From Octopus bimaculoides (taxonomy: Eukaryota): DNA of 39,233 nucleotides. Positions 22,131 to 33,745 of this stretch are shown in pieces. The stretch lies in assembly GCF_001194135.2 (NCBI RefSeq), contig NC_068982.1:9915257-9954489 (forward strand). The letters are read 5' to 3'. The position numbers were made by a program, and so were the translations under genes. How positions within the stretch are numbered: the stretch's first letter is position 1; every line of letters starts with the position of its first letter. The notes beneath the pieces were generated by a model. The model did not search any database. It saw only the letters and a program-made list of their open reading frames with translations, and was not told the DNA's origin.

Positions 22131-25039
22131 CATATATTATATATATGTATTCACCTTAGAATACATATATATAATATATACATGTGTGTGTATACACATA
22201 TATATATACACACTCACACACACAGACATACAGAAATATAGATGTATAAATAGCACTATATTGCATTTTATATTTCTAACTATTTTGGCATTTATTCCAT
22301 ACTTTCTACAAATTGCAGCCAACACTAAAGGACAATTTGAAAAATGCACTTATGCTATATTGATCATAATTATTGATCTGGGTGGTAAAAAGAGCTGGGA
22401 AATCTAAAAAGAAATATCTAGGTTAAAAATCCGAAAAACTGCTCCATTCATCATGCTGACACATTTTACATCAACCGATTGTAACAATTTCCTTACTAAA
22501 GTAATATCCAAGATCTTCCCTAGTGTATATATGTGCATATGAAATTCCATTTAATCAAGATAAATGTAAATTATGTACATGACTGCACCAAGTGTTGACC
22601 TAATGCATTTGTATGTATTTGAATATGTCTGAGGCAGTGTTTTTTTTTTTTTCACTCTCGTTTAATGTTAGGAGACTAGGTTAGAGAGCTGTTCAGAAAG
22701 TAAATTCACTAAGCAATTGATGACAAAATAAAGGATTATTGAAGCATTGGTGACAGCCTAACAAATAATTTTGTGTGCATGTGTGTGTGGTAGTGGAAGG
22801 GGTTCCATGTTTGCTATTTATTTTTCTTCTCTCCCAAGATCTTAACTGTAGCTAGTAAATGTATATGACCTTCAACAGCTGGTTCATTGTGGATCAATTC
22901 TCTTAACAGCCTTTGACATTTCAATCAGATAAATGTTCTTATTTTTCTTTCTCTTGTTTTCCCTCTTAACAGTTTTTCTCATTTTTTTTATTTTTTTCTT
23001 GTTTTTCTATCATTTATTGTTATCATAAGAAATATCCTTATTATTATTATTATTATCATTATTATTATTGTTATTATTATTATCATCATTATTATTATTT
23101 GTTGAGTATACTTTGTCAGTGAATCATTTAATTCCATCGGAAATAGGTGGAGTGATGGCAGTTTGAGATTAGTTCTACTTGTTATATTTCAGAAAACTGA
23201 AGACACATACATACAGATGTAAGCATGCATGTACNNNNNNNNNNNNNNNNNNNNNNNNNNNNNNNNNNNNNNNNNNNNNNNNNNNNNNNNNNNNNNNNNN
23301 NNNNNNNNNNNNNNNNNNNNNNNNNNNNNNNNNNNNNNNNNNNNNNNNNNNNNNNNNNNNNNNNNNNNNNNNNNNNNNNNNNNNNNNNNNNNNNNNNNNN
23401 NNNNNNNNNNNNNNNNNNNNNNNNNNNNNNNNNNNNNNNNNNNNNNNNNNNNNNNNNNNNNNNNNNNNNNNNNNNNNNNNNNNNNNNNNNNNNNNNNNNN
23501 NNNNNNNNNNNNNNNNNNNNNNNNNNNNNNNNNNNNNNNNNNNNNNNNNNNNNNNNNNNNNNNNNNNNNNNNNNNNNNNNNNNNNNNNNNNNNNNNNNNN
23601 NNNNNNNNNNNNNNNNNNNNNNNNNNNNNNNTATATATATATATATATGTATGTATATACAGTTGCATGTATGCAGGCAAGAGAAAAAAAATCTGCTATT
23701 ACTGCTGAGAATAAGCCTTCCCTCAGAAAAGCCCAAACTCCCAGTTTGCCAAGTGCTCCATCTTCCCATTCGTTTTTAACATGTAGGAAAGGATCCATGA
23801 CATAGACAGGCTTTAGTAGCCACACCAACTCAGACATACATACCTGTTATGTATTATGGTCTTCTTAGACAATGAAAGACAAACATTATGTATATATGAG
23901 GAGCGTGGCACCTAGGTAGGCAAGGTAGGCACTGCCTACCTTGAATAAAATAGATCGATAACAACATTTCCCTTTTATGGCAAAATATGCATCTAATTCA
24001 ATAAAATTATGAAGGTTACTCTGATTACTATGTATAAAATGCAAGATATTTGATTTTTTGAAGATTATGTAAGCATAATTCACTGCTGCCTTTCAATCTC
24101 GGTATTTAAGCTACGCATAGTACTGATGTAGTACAGTGTGCTGTGTGCATTCCTACAACAACGTTTCCTTTATGCACTATAAAGGCAGAAGTAAAGATGC
24201 TTCCAACTCAGTCACATGCCTGTGTTTCACTTATTTTTTTGTGTGTTTTACTACATAAAGGTCACCAACTGCTTACCCTGAGTAATTACTGATGTCATGT
24301 GCCTGATATGTATATATGTATGTATGTGTATAGGAATGGTTGTGTGTATGTATGTAAGTGTGTATGTTTGCGTTTATACATGTTATGTGTAACCATGCCA
24401 ATGTTTGTTTGCATCTATGTATGTATGAGTATGTACATACATGTATATGTGTGTTTATGCGGTCGCATCCAAGTATCCGTTTGTGTGTATGTTTGCATGC
24501 ATGTACGTCTATTGGCTACTTTTTTTACATCCGTGTCTTCTGCTTTCTACCATTACAAGTATTGGGTGCAGTATATATATTCACCCATTATTCGTTGTAT
24601 AAAGTAAAAAGTTTTAGCTTTTGATTAATGAAAGTTTACAGACAGATTGTTACATTTACTAATGATATTTTACATGATATTTACAATTCAAAATTATGCC
24701 CCTTTGCTTTCACCAGTCCTTAATCTTTACTCAACTGAGATACATAAAATATTAAATTCAAATAACAGGTAAATGTATATGTCGCACCCAGTATAAATGA
24801 TGTCAAGAATCTGTTGTTTTATAGCCTGATCGATTGACAAAGAGGCAACCAATGTGTGTGTGTGTGTGTGTGTGTGTATGAGAGAGAGAGAGAGAGAGAT
24901 CTAAATTGAAGTATCTTATTTATTCATTATATATGTTAAATAATTTTGCAAATCTACTTATGATTACCAAATTATTTCCTGCCATAAATTCTATAATGAT
25001 GAAACCAAATTGGTTCAGGATATTATATATAAATATACA

Positions 25040-25429
25040 CAGGGTGTTCAAAAAGTCTTTCTGTAATAAGTATTTTATTGCAAAATAAATACTTATAAGA
25101 TGGTATAAGGCTACAAAAGAATATATTAGAATTTACAAGTTTTTAAAAAACTTTATATATAAGAAGTGTTGAAAGTGTCGTTCTTCATTTTCAATATATA
25201 AGTTGACTCTTCTACACATACAGTTCTATATTTAAGAGATGAGGAATTATTTACATTATTTACATTATCTACATTTGACGGATATTCGTCCTCATCTTGT
25301 TTGTTGTTAACAAGATGAGGACGAATATCCGTCAAATGTAGATAATGTAAATAATGTCTTCTACACATGTTTTTGAAATACATCTTGGATGAAAAAAATT
25401 CACTGTGGAGAAAATCTTTGAACACCCTG
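25040..25429. mobile_element. Tc1/mariner-type MITE hosting a nested Penelope-like insertion
   Basis: TIRs CAGGGTGTTCAAA (25040) / TTTGAACACCCTG (25417-25429), with TA on the right side. Confidence 0.75.
25220..25357. mobile_element. Penelope-like fold-back fragment: perfect 49-bp inverted repeat with target-site duplication
   Basis: 25253-25301 is the exact reverse complement of 25309-25357. CTTCTACACAT is duplicated at 25209-25219 and 25358-25368. Arms match the ends of the 11478 and 20171 elements. Confidence 0.85.
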
Positions 25430-25440
25430 TATATATATAC

Positions 25441-25511
<71 letters not shown>

Positions 25512-25695
25512 CACATATATCTTTTGTCATAAAAAATATATACCTGCATGTGTGTGTGTGAGAGAGAGAGAGTAAACTTTTTATTTACTTATTTATTATT
25601 TTTTTCATTTATTATTCTAAGAAAGAAAATGGATGTTGCTTAAATGCTTTTAGTGAGGATTACGTGTAAGCTTTTTTTAGAGTGAACATTTGTGT

Positions 25696-25729
<34 letters not shown>

Positions 25730-27057
25730 ATTTGAGTACACGCACACATTTGAGTGTGTTTCTGAAAACACATAGAAAACGTGTGTGTGTGTGTGTGTGT
25801 GTATACACATTTTCCATACGGAGATTTGGCATTCTCTTACTTTGGTAATATAGTTATGAACATCAGACAATAAGAATGCTGCCACTGGCCATTCCACTAC
25901 ATTAACATAATAGAAACACTAACCAAACTCTAACAGCAGCTGTTGCTTTTAATTAAGATTAATTAAGATTATAATAATGATGCTTTTACAATAGCACAGA
26001 TATGTATGACGTTATATGGTGCTATGTCTTTTTGTCCGACGTCACTTCATCAAACATCTTTTTATCCTACAATCCAAGGTACTTTTGACTGATAATCAAA
26101 ATTAGTTTATGAAGTTAATTGGTCCATTATGATTCTACTCCTCAAGCAGCAAACTGATGATATTAGTGTCAAAAATAATGCATTGCAGAATTGAGTCTGA
26201 ATCTTTACATTTTGAGTTCAAATCTCACCAAGATCAACTTTACCTGTCTTCCTTTAAAAATCAATACAACATAGTACACTGCTATTGATTCAGCTAACCT
26301 TTCTTCATAACTGCTAATTTTGTGCCTAAATCAGAAACAATCATAATACTATTAATAGCTAGTGTTTTATTGCTGACATTTCCAAGCACTAATTTGGAAA
26401 ACACTCGTATTCTATGTAGATTTTACAAATGGACTTTGTATTAGGAATATTTAGCACTCAAACCCAAATCACTAAATCTGAAGCAAACAAAAAACACAAG
26501 AATGCAATCACAATTTTCTGTAATATTACCAATGTCATAAAAAAAATCTGACCATTCAAAACTTCATGTGGAACTAGATCTAACAACAATTTCATCTTTG
26601 GCATGCTTTTTTTTTTTCTGAATAAGATCACCACTATATATTCAACACATCTTAGCCACTATGGACGGATGGTGAACAGAAGACATCAGACTAGATACAG
26701 AAGATGGCAGATGACAGATAGCCGATTAGATGCAGAAACAGCAGTTAGAGAACAGTCACAGAACCAGCAGCAAACTAGACCAGATAATCTTGGTGTTTGT
26801 CTCTTGTGGTAGTGAAAACACTTTCTTGTTTACGATAAAAATGAATATCCTCTTAGCAAAAATCTCAGACAGATTTCAGTGTTCTTTATCATAATAAATC
26901 TTTTTAAATGAATTGGAGAATGCCATGATGTAAAAAAAAACCAGAAAAGAGTGTTTTTAATGCATCACACTGGACTACATGTATTCGTTTGCATTAAAGT
27001 GCAATGCAGCATATACTTATCTCAGTTTTTAAATAACCTTAACTGTAAATTTCTCTC

Positions 27058-27185
27058 TTCATCATCGGTTAGCATCCGTTTTCCATGCTGGCATGGGTTG
27101 GACAGTTTGACTGAGGTCTGGAAAGCCAGCAGCTGCCCCAGGCTCCAATTTGATTTGGCAAAGTTTCTACAGCTGGATGCCCTTC
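27058..27185 (-). mobile_element. RTE-tailed repeat 3' part
   Basis: CATCATC..TTTCCATGCTGGCATGGGTTGGACAGTTTGACTGAGG..CTACAGCTGGATGCCCT, reverse complement of 31535-31672. Confidence 0.8.
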
Positions 27186-27674
27186 TTTATTTTAAAAATA
27201 TAATGGTGTGCTGCAACATTATAGTACATTATTCAATGCATTGTGGCTTTAAAAAACACCTTGAAAATCACTGCTTCACTAGCATTATAATTTTTGATCC
27301 TGGAAGTATGAAAGGCAAATTGATTCTGGTAAAATCTGAACTCAAAACATAATGGTAACTACACAGTGGAAGTATTTTGTCTGACAAGTTAATGATTCAG
27401 TCAATCCAATTTTTTGTGCAAAGAACTGACAACTTCTCTGTAAATAGTAAAATACATTACATTGAAATAGCACAAAGAAGAACTCTCAGAGAATTATAAA
27501 AGAAACTGCATCATAGAACCCATAATTTTGTAGTTATAACTCAAACTTTAATAACTTTATAAACCAGTACACAGTAAGCATAAATCTAGTACAGAGTTTT
27601 AGCTTAAGAGACGACTGCCAACATTATAGTAACCTGTATTCCAGGACGAATTAGTTAATACTTTTAGGCTACAC

Positions 27675-27904
27675 CAGCAGTTCTCAACCATATTTTAGCT
27701 AGGGCCTCCTTTACTCAGTGGGCCCTCATGGCTTAAAAAATCCCATTGGATTTTTATAATTAAACATTATTAGGAATTGTATAAAAAATTGCTAAAATAT
27801 TTTGTGTATTATAGAAGTCTAAACAATTTATTACACATAAATTTTAAGAATAAAATTTTAAATGAACCCCCAAGGGCCAAATGGACTCTGATTGAGGACT
27901 GCTG
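27675..27904. mobile_element. hAT MITE, same family as 14458-14713 in opposite orientation
   Basis: Degenerate TIRs CAGCAGTTCTCAAC / ATTGAGGACTGCTG. Internal AAATATTTTGTGTATT is the reverse complement of 14550-14570. Confidence 0.7.
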
Positions 27905-28832
27905 ATTTAGACATAAGTAGAGAACAATTCTCAAATAGCCATTTGTTAGTGTTGTTTTAAATATTGATTCGCACCTATGAAAGGTATTTCAATATGACGC
28001 ATCTTTTATTTATTCCAGAGGTAGCTTATTTAGCACAACACATTTTATGTGTCCTTCCTTTCTTACTGGTTATGGTCTGGTTTGGAAGAGATTTAGCCAG
28101 TTTCTAACAAGCTGAGCAACCACATAAAGGTTTTCTTTTGAGCTTGACTGTATTTGACATTTACAGAAATAATTAGAAAAAGATAATTGGCCTTTGAGCC
28201 TGCAAGATATTCAACATTAGCTATCACTGAATGATACTCTCTGTCTTTCTCTAATAATCATTAGGACCAAAGAGACATTACAGATCAACTGTTTACATAG
28301 GGAAATCTGTAAACACAATGCGGATTACACATTGCATAAACAAAAATGAACAAATCATCTATAGAGTGTTTGTAGAGAAAAGAAGGAAAATCTTACGTTA
28401 ATATGAAGATGTATATATAAAAAGAAAAGAAATTAGCCAGACATACTCAATAAAGCCTAAATACAGTCATCAAAGCCAAAGGATGAAACAAGCATGACTT
28501 TGTGCATCCTGGTTGATATGCCATGCCCAATAGACAGAAACATTTGCAATTAAGATGCCAAAACATTAGACAACTTGTAAGGCTCTGGAAGAAGATATGG
28601 TGGAAGTATGAGGAATGAAATCAACAATTGCAGCCATAATGATTGTCGTGTTAGGAGAAGAAGAAAAAGAATTCTTGTGAGTAATGTAATCTGTTGAATA
28701 GAAACTTGACAACAGGAACTTCTAAATATCACACTGCTGGAGAGTAAATATCTTTCACTAAATAAGATATCACCGAATACTAATACAAATTGAGCGTGTA
28801 TTTGTGTGAGTACACACGTCCTTATATATGTA

Positions 28833-28888
<56 letters not shown>

Positions 28889-28937
28889 TATAAAGTTATA
28901 GAAACTAAAATAATGATTATGACAACAATAATGACAA

Positions 28938-28938
28938 C

Positions 28939-29000
<62 letters not shown>
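28938..29000. repeat. (AAT)n microsatellite; similar tracts at 9506-9550, 10595-10660, 11611-11720, 23037-23100 and 29341-29455
   Basis: Direct reading. Confidence 0.95.
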
Positions 29001-29002
<2 letters not shown>

Positions 29003-29030
29003 GTAGTGGTGGTGATGGTGTAATACTCAC

Positions 29031-29044
29031 TAGCATAGGAATAA
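29031..29044 (-). other. Candidate 14-nt microexon containing an ATG
   Basis: ttttgtctcattcttatgtttgtcggtttgtggtttgttatatgtcAG|TTATTCCTATGCTA|GTGAGTA; TCAT cluster at 29170-29300 upstream. Confidence 0.4.
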
Positions 29045-29376
29045 CTGACATATAACAAACCACAAACCGACAAACATAAGAATGAGACAAAAATATATCA
29101 AGCGAATGACTACATAAATAAATAGCAAGTGGCTTTCAGTTCTGACGTACATAACATGTCACATGTGTTTACACACCACAAAGCAATGACAGTGTTGACG
29201 ATGACAATGACGAACAATGAATGATGACAACTGCAGCAGCTACGATGACAGATGATGACAGTGATTGCGAGGACAATGGTGATCAGAACAATAAGCAGTT
29301 TATCCAATGAATAGTTACATAACTATTCTATTTGCCATGGATAACGATAATAATGATAATAATAATAATAATAATG

Positions 29377-29428
<52 letters not shown>

Positions 29429-29545
29429 TAATAATAATAATAATAATGATAATGTAAAATACTGTTCTATGATATCAAACACCTTCCATTAATGTGCAGT
29501 AGCATATACATACGTTTGTGTGTGTGTAAATATATGTATATGTGA

Positions 29546-29646
29546 GTGTGCCCCTGGGAGCTCCTCTATGCTGATGACCTTGCCCTAATTGCGGAGTCAC
29601 TATCAGAACTAGAGGAGAAGTTTCAGGTGTGGAAGCAAGGTCTAGA
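29546..29646 (+). mobile_element. LINE reverse-transcriptase fragment (RTE-like), running into an assembly gap
   Basis: CPWELLYADDLALIAESLSELEEKFQVWKQGL contains the catalytic YADD motif. Confidence 0.9.
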
Positions 29647-30816
29647 NNNNNNNNNNNNNNNNNNNNNNNNNNNNNNNNNNNNNNNNNNNNNNNNNNNNNN
29701 NNNNNNNNNNNNNNNNNNNNNNNNNNNNNNNNNNNNNNNNNNNNNNNNNNNNNNNNNNNNNNNNNNNNNNNNNNNNNNNNNNNNNNNNNNNNNNNNNNNN
29801 NNNNNNNNNNNNNNNNNNNNNNNNNNNNNNNNNNNNNNNNNNNNNNNNNNNNNNNNNNNNNNNNNNNNNNNNNNNNNNNNNNNNNNNNNNNNNNNNNNNN
29901 NNNNNNNNNNNNNNNNNNNNNNNNNNNNNNNNNNNNNNNNNNNNNNNNNNNNNNNNNNNNNNNNNNNNNNNNNNNNNNNNNNNNNNNNNNNNNNNNNNNN
30001 NNNNNNNNNNNNNNNNNNNNNNNNNNNNNNNNNNNNNNNNNNNNNNNNNNNNNNNNNNNNNNNNNNNNNNNNNNNNNNNNNNNNNNNNNNNNNNNNNNNN
30101 NNNNNNNNNNNNNNNNNNNNNNNNNNNNNNNNNNNNNNNNNNNNNNNNNNNNNNNNNNNNNNNNNNNNNNNNNNNNNNNNNNNNNNNNNNNNNNNNNNNN
30201 NNNNNNNNNNNNNNNNNNNNNNNNNNNNNNNNNNNNNNNNNNNNNNNNNNNNNNNNNNNNNNNNNNNNNNNNNNNNNNNNNNNNNNNNNNNNNNNNNNNN
30301 NNNNNNNNNNNNNNNNNNNNNNNNNNNNNNNNNNNNNNNNNNNNNNNNNNNNNNNNNNNNTGAAGACATCTTTCAACAGTTATTAGAAAAATGAACAGTC
30401 AACATGTCTTCCCATACTCTCTCCCTCTTTCTTATCTTCTTAGTTTCACATTACCTGTCTCGTTCTCTCTCTCTCTCTCTTTCTCTTCTTAGTTTTATAT
30501 TCCTTTTTAAGTTCTCTCTCATACTCATAATTCTTTCTTTTTTCTTTCTCAAACACTGACTTACTTTCCTTCTTCTTTCTCTCCCAATCCCTAATTAATC
30601 TTCTCTCAACTTCTCAAGCTTGTTTTCCTTCCATGGTCCTCTCAGATTTTCTATTAATTCCCCCCCACCCCCACCACACTTCTTGCTTCTCTTCTTCTTC
30701 CTCTTTCATACAACCTGTGCTTCTCTCTCTTTCTTCTTAGATTCTGTCAGTTTTTCTTTAGTTACATACTTTCTCTCCAGCTGACTCTCTCAGCCTCGCA
30801 CTCACATTCTCTCTCT

Positions 30817-30924
30817 CCCTCACACTCACCTTGTCTCTCTCCCTAATCCTAACCTTGTCTTTTTCTCCCTCACACTCACCTTGTCTCTCTCCCTTACACT
30901 CACCTTTTCTTGCTCACCCTCACT
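30817..30924. repeat. 24-26-bp minisatellite (CCCTCACACTCACCTTGTCTCTCT), 4-5 copies, within a CT-rich tract 30410-30960
   Basis: Units start at 30817, 30841, 30867 and 30891. Confidence 0.85.
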
Positions 30925-31454
30925 ATCTATCTACCAACCTATCTCACACCTTCTCTATTAACTTAAATCAGATACCATTTTGTCGCAGCATAACTCATAC
31001 CATACGCTAACTAGTAATGATATATTGGTGGTCTTTACACAAGGCTTAATCTACGGTTTAGAAGAGAAATAGGAAATCGGAAATTATGATGTCTATCAGT
31101 CATATCTGTAGTCATTAGTGATGTATGTCAAGTGAATTGGCTTCAATCAGAACCGCAAGTCTATAAAAGAGATTAAATTGTCTCACAGAAATAGTAGGTT
31201 ATTTAAATACCACCACTTCCATGGTGCTTCTTCAAATATTTCTTCTACTAACTTGAGTCAGATGCATCTTTTCTTCAAAGCTAATTAAATGCTGAGGTTG
31301 CTCCAGCTGACAGGAACACAGCAGCTCTTGAGATTTTCATCCTCGTTCTCTCTTAAAGTGCAAGCAGGAAGCACCGAGTATATACATTCAGGATTCTTAT
31401 CTCATTTCATTCTTTGGAGGAGCCTTGAAGACACCATTGTCGGATAATTAAATA

Positions 31455-31915
31455 GACTCAGTACCGTGTGACTGGCCTTCGTGCTAGTGGAACGTAAAAG
31501 CACCCACTACACTCCTGGAGTGGTTGGCATTAGGAAGGGCATCCAGCTGTGGAAACTCTGCCAGATCAGATTGGGGCCTGGTGCAGCTTTCTGGCTCACC
31601 AGTCCTCAGTCAAATCGTCCAACCCATGCTAGCTTGGAAAGCGGATGTTAAACGACGATGACGATGATGATGAGTCAATACTTAATAAGTAAAAAGCACA
31701 GGCGCTGGTGCCACGTAAAAAGACACTGGTAATAAGCACCCAGTACACTCTGTAGAGTGACTTACATTAGGAAGGAGATCCAGCTACCGGAACCATGGCA
31801 AAACAGATGGTACCAAAGCAATGGTACCTTGTGTGATTCCTGGCCTTGCCAGTCCCTATCAAACCATTCGACCCATACCAGCATGGAAAAATGCAGGTTT
31901 CATGGTGATGATGGT
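31455..31915 (+). mobile_element. Two adjacent copies of the RTE-tailed repeat (about 31455-31672 and 31700-31915)
   Basis: AAAAGCACCCACTACACT..TTAGGAAGGGCATCCAGCTGT..AACCCATGCTAGC..GGATGTTAAACGACGATGACGATG. Confidence 0.8.
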
Positions 31916-32084
31916 GATTTCAATGTCACTTTATTTTATTGGTTTGAATGTAGAGATTAAAAAGCTAAGTTGACATTGGCTGCATTTTAACATTGGCTGT
32001 AAAGGGATGCAACAACTACCACAAGGTATTTTTCCAACACTCTAACAATTCTACCAGTCCATGTTTCATCAGTTTTGTATTAAG

Positions 32085-32305
32085 AATTTGTGGTTGTGTG
32101 GTAAGAAGCTTGCTTCCCAACCACTTGACTCTGGGTTCAGTCCCACTATGCAGTACCTTAGGCAAGAGTCTTCTGCTATAGCTTCAGGCTGACTGAAGCC
32201 ATGTTAGTAGATTTGATAGACAGAAACTGAAAGAAGCCTGTTGGAGTCTGGTGTAGCCATCTGGTTCGCCAGTCCCCAGTCAAATCGTCCAACCCATGCT
32301 AGCAA
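32085..32305 (+). mobile_element. SINE head fused to RTE-tailed repeat fragment
   Basis: GTGTGGTAAGAAGCTTGCTTCCCAACCA..GAAACTGAAAGAAGCC then CAGTCAAATCGTCCAACCCATGCTAGC. Confidence 0.75.
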
Positions 32306-32875
32306 AATAAATGCAGTAACGAAAGAGTTAAAGAGCTGGAATAACTATTACAAGACATTATGTTCTGATGTTGTAATGATTCAGCCAAACCAGTTATTCT
32401 CAATGTACTTTTAAGGTTTGCTATATAAATAGATATTATTAAACCATATAAACAAAGAATTTTTGAGTTTCACCATATAAATAAATATTGTTAAACCATT
32501 TGTAGAAACAAAACCCAGCACAAGAAGCAAATTCTAAGTGGTACTCGGCCTAGTGGAAATAGCAACCAAATCACTCTCAAAATCCCAAACTTACCATCAT
32601 GAAAAAAATAGACAGAAAAAAATGGACACGCTGGATAATATAGAACTTGAAACAACCTGGGGAAAACATTAGCAATATCAACCGGAAAAGTCAGGCTTCA
32701 CTGACGTTATAACTGTTTTGGAAGACTAGAATTAGCTTTGGATCTTTTTTTCTATATTCATTTATGTCATTCATAATTTCCACACACATTCACACACAGC
32801 AAACCTTTAAACGAAACACACACAAAAATAAATACAATGAAACACATGAATACAAATCATTAACAATAACATTAC

Positions 32876-32890
32876 CTGTATCGTAATTAT
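32876..32890 (-). other. Candidate 15-nt microexon
   Basis: ttacattacaatgcAG|ATAATTACGATACAG|GTAATG; YCAY cluster upstream (32910-32970), U/UG-rich downstream. Confidence 0.4.
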
Positions 32891-33269
32891 CTGCATTGTA
32901 ATGTAATTGATAATAATGAAATGACGATGGTGACATTGCTGACAACAACAATAACAATGATGAGATAGTAATATTATTAATATATTGATAATATTAGCGC
33001 TGAGTAGATATCCAACTGGGATATTAAGATCATAGTTCAATTATGGCTTAAGCTTTCACCACACTGAATGTGTATCTCAATATTTTTAACCTTTGTACAA
33101 CCTATGGGAAGGTAATGAGAAGCTATCGGAAGACAGATCTTGCTAAGCCTGTTGGAGAGATGTCCAGGACAACAGACTTGTGCTTCTTATTCATTCATTC
33201 ATTCATTCATTCATTCATTCAGTTCATTTATTTTGACTACAAAATTGCAGCAAATTACAATATTTGATA

Positions 33270-33745
33270 GCGTTCCAAGTGTGGCTGTGTGGTAAGAAGC
33301 TTGCTTCCCAACCACGTCGTTCCAGGTTCAGTCTCACTGTATGTTGACACATCAGGCTATAGCCCCAGACTGACCAGATCCTTGGATTTGTAAATGGAAA
33401 TGGAATCTGAAATAACCCTGTTGTGAAAGTAAATGGTATCTGAAAAAACCCTGCTGTGTACTTGTGTGTGAGTGTGTGTGTGTGAGTGTGTGTGTGTGAG
33501 TGTGTGTGTGTGTGAGTGGGTGTGAATGTGTGTGTGTGCTTGTCCCACATTACTGCTTGACAACCGGTGCTGGTTTGTTTACATCATGTAACTTAGCAAT
33601 TCAGCAAAAGACACCAATAAAATAGGTACCTGGCTTAAAAATGAGTACCGAGGTTGATTAGTCCACCTAAGATCGTCAAGACTTTGCTCCAACATGGCCA
33701 CAGTCGAACGCCAGAAAAAAGTAAAGGACAAAAAGACAAAAGACA
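33270..33745 (+). mobile_element. Composite SINE (head, (TG)n, tail)
   Basis: Same head and tail as 11850-12480. Confidence 0.75.

Noticed and set aside
23890-23945. Possible DNA-transposon end (TAGGTAGGCAAGGTAGGCACTGCCTACC)
   Set aside because: No matching opposite terminus or second copy in the window.
24271-24285. Strong minus-strand donor CAGG|GTAAGC
   Set aside because: No pyrimidine tract or acceptor upstream and no promoter evidence; isolated motif.
28644-28682. Plus-strand mini exon GAGAAGAAGAAAAAGAATTCTT|GTGAGT
   Set aside because: No pyrimidine tract at the acceptor and no other plus-strand exons to link to.
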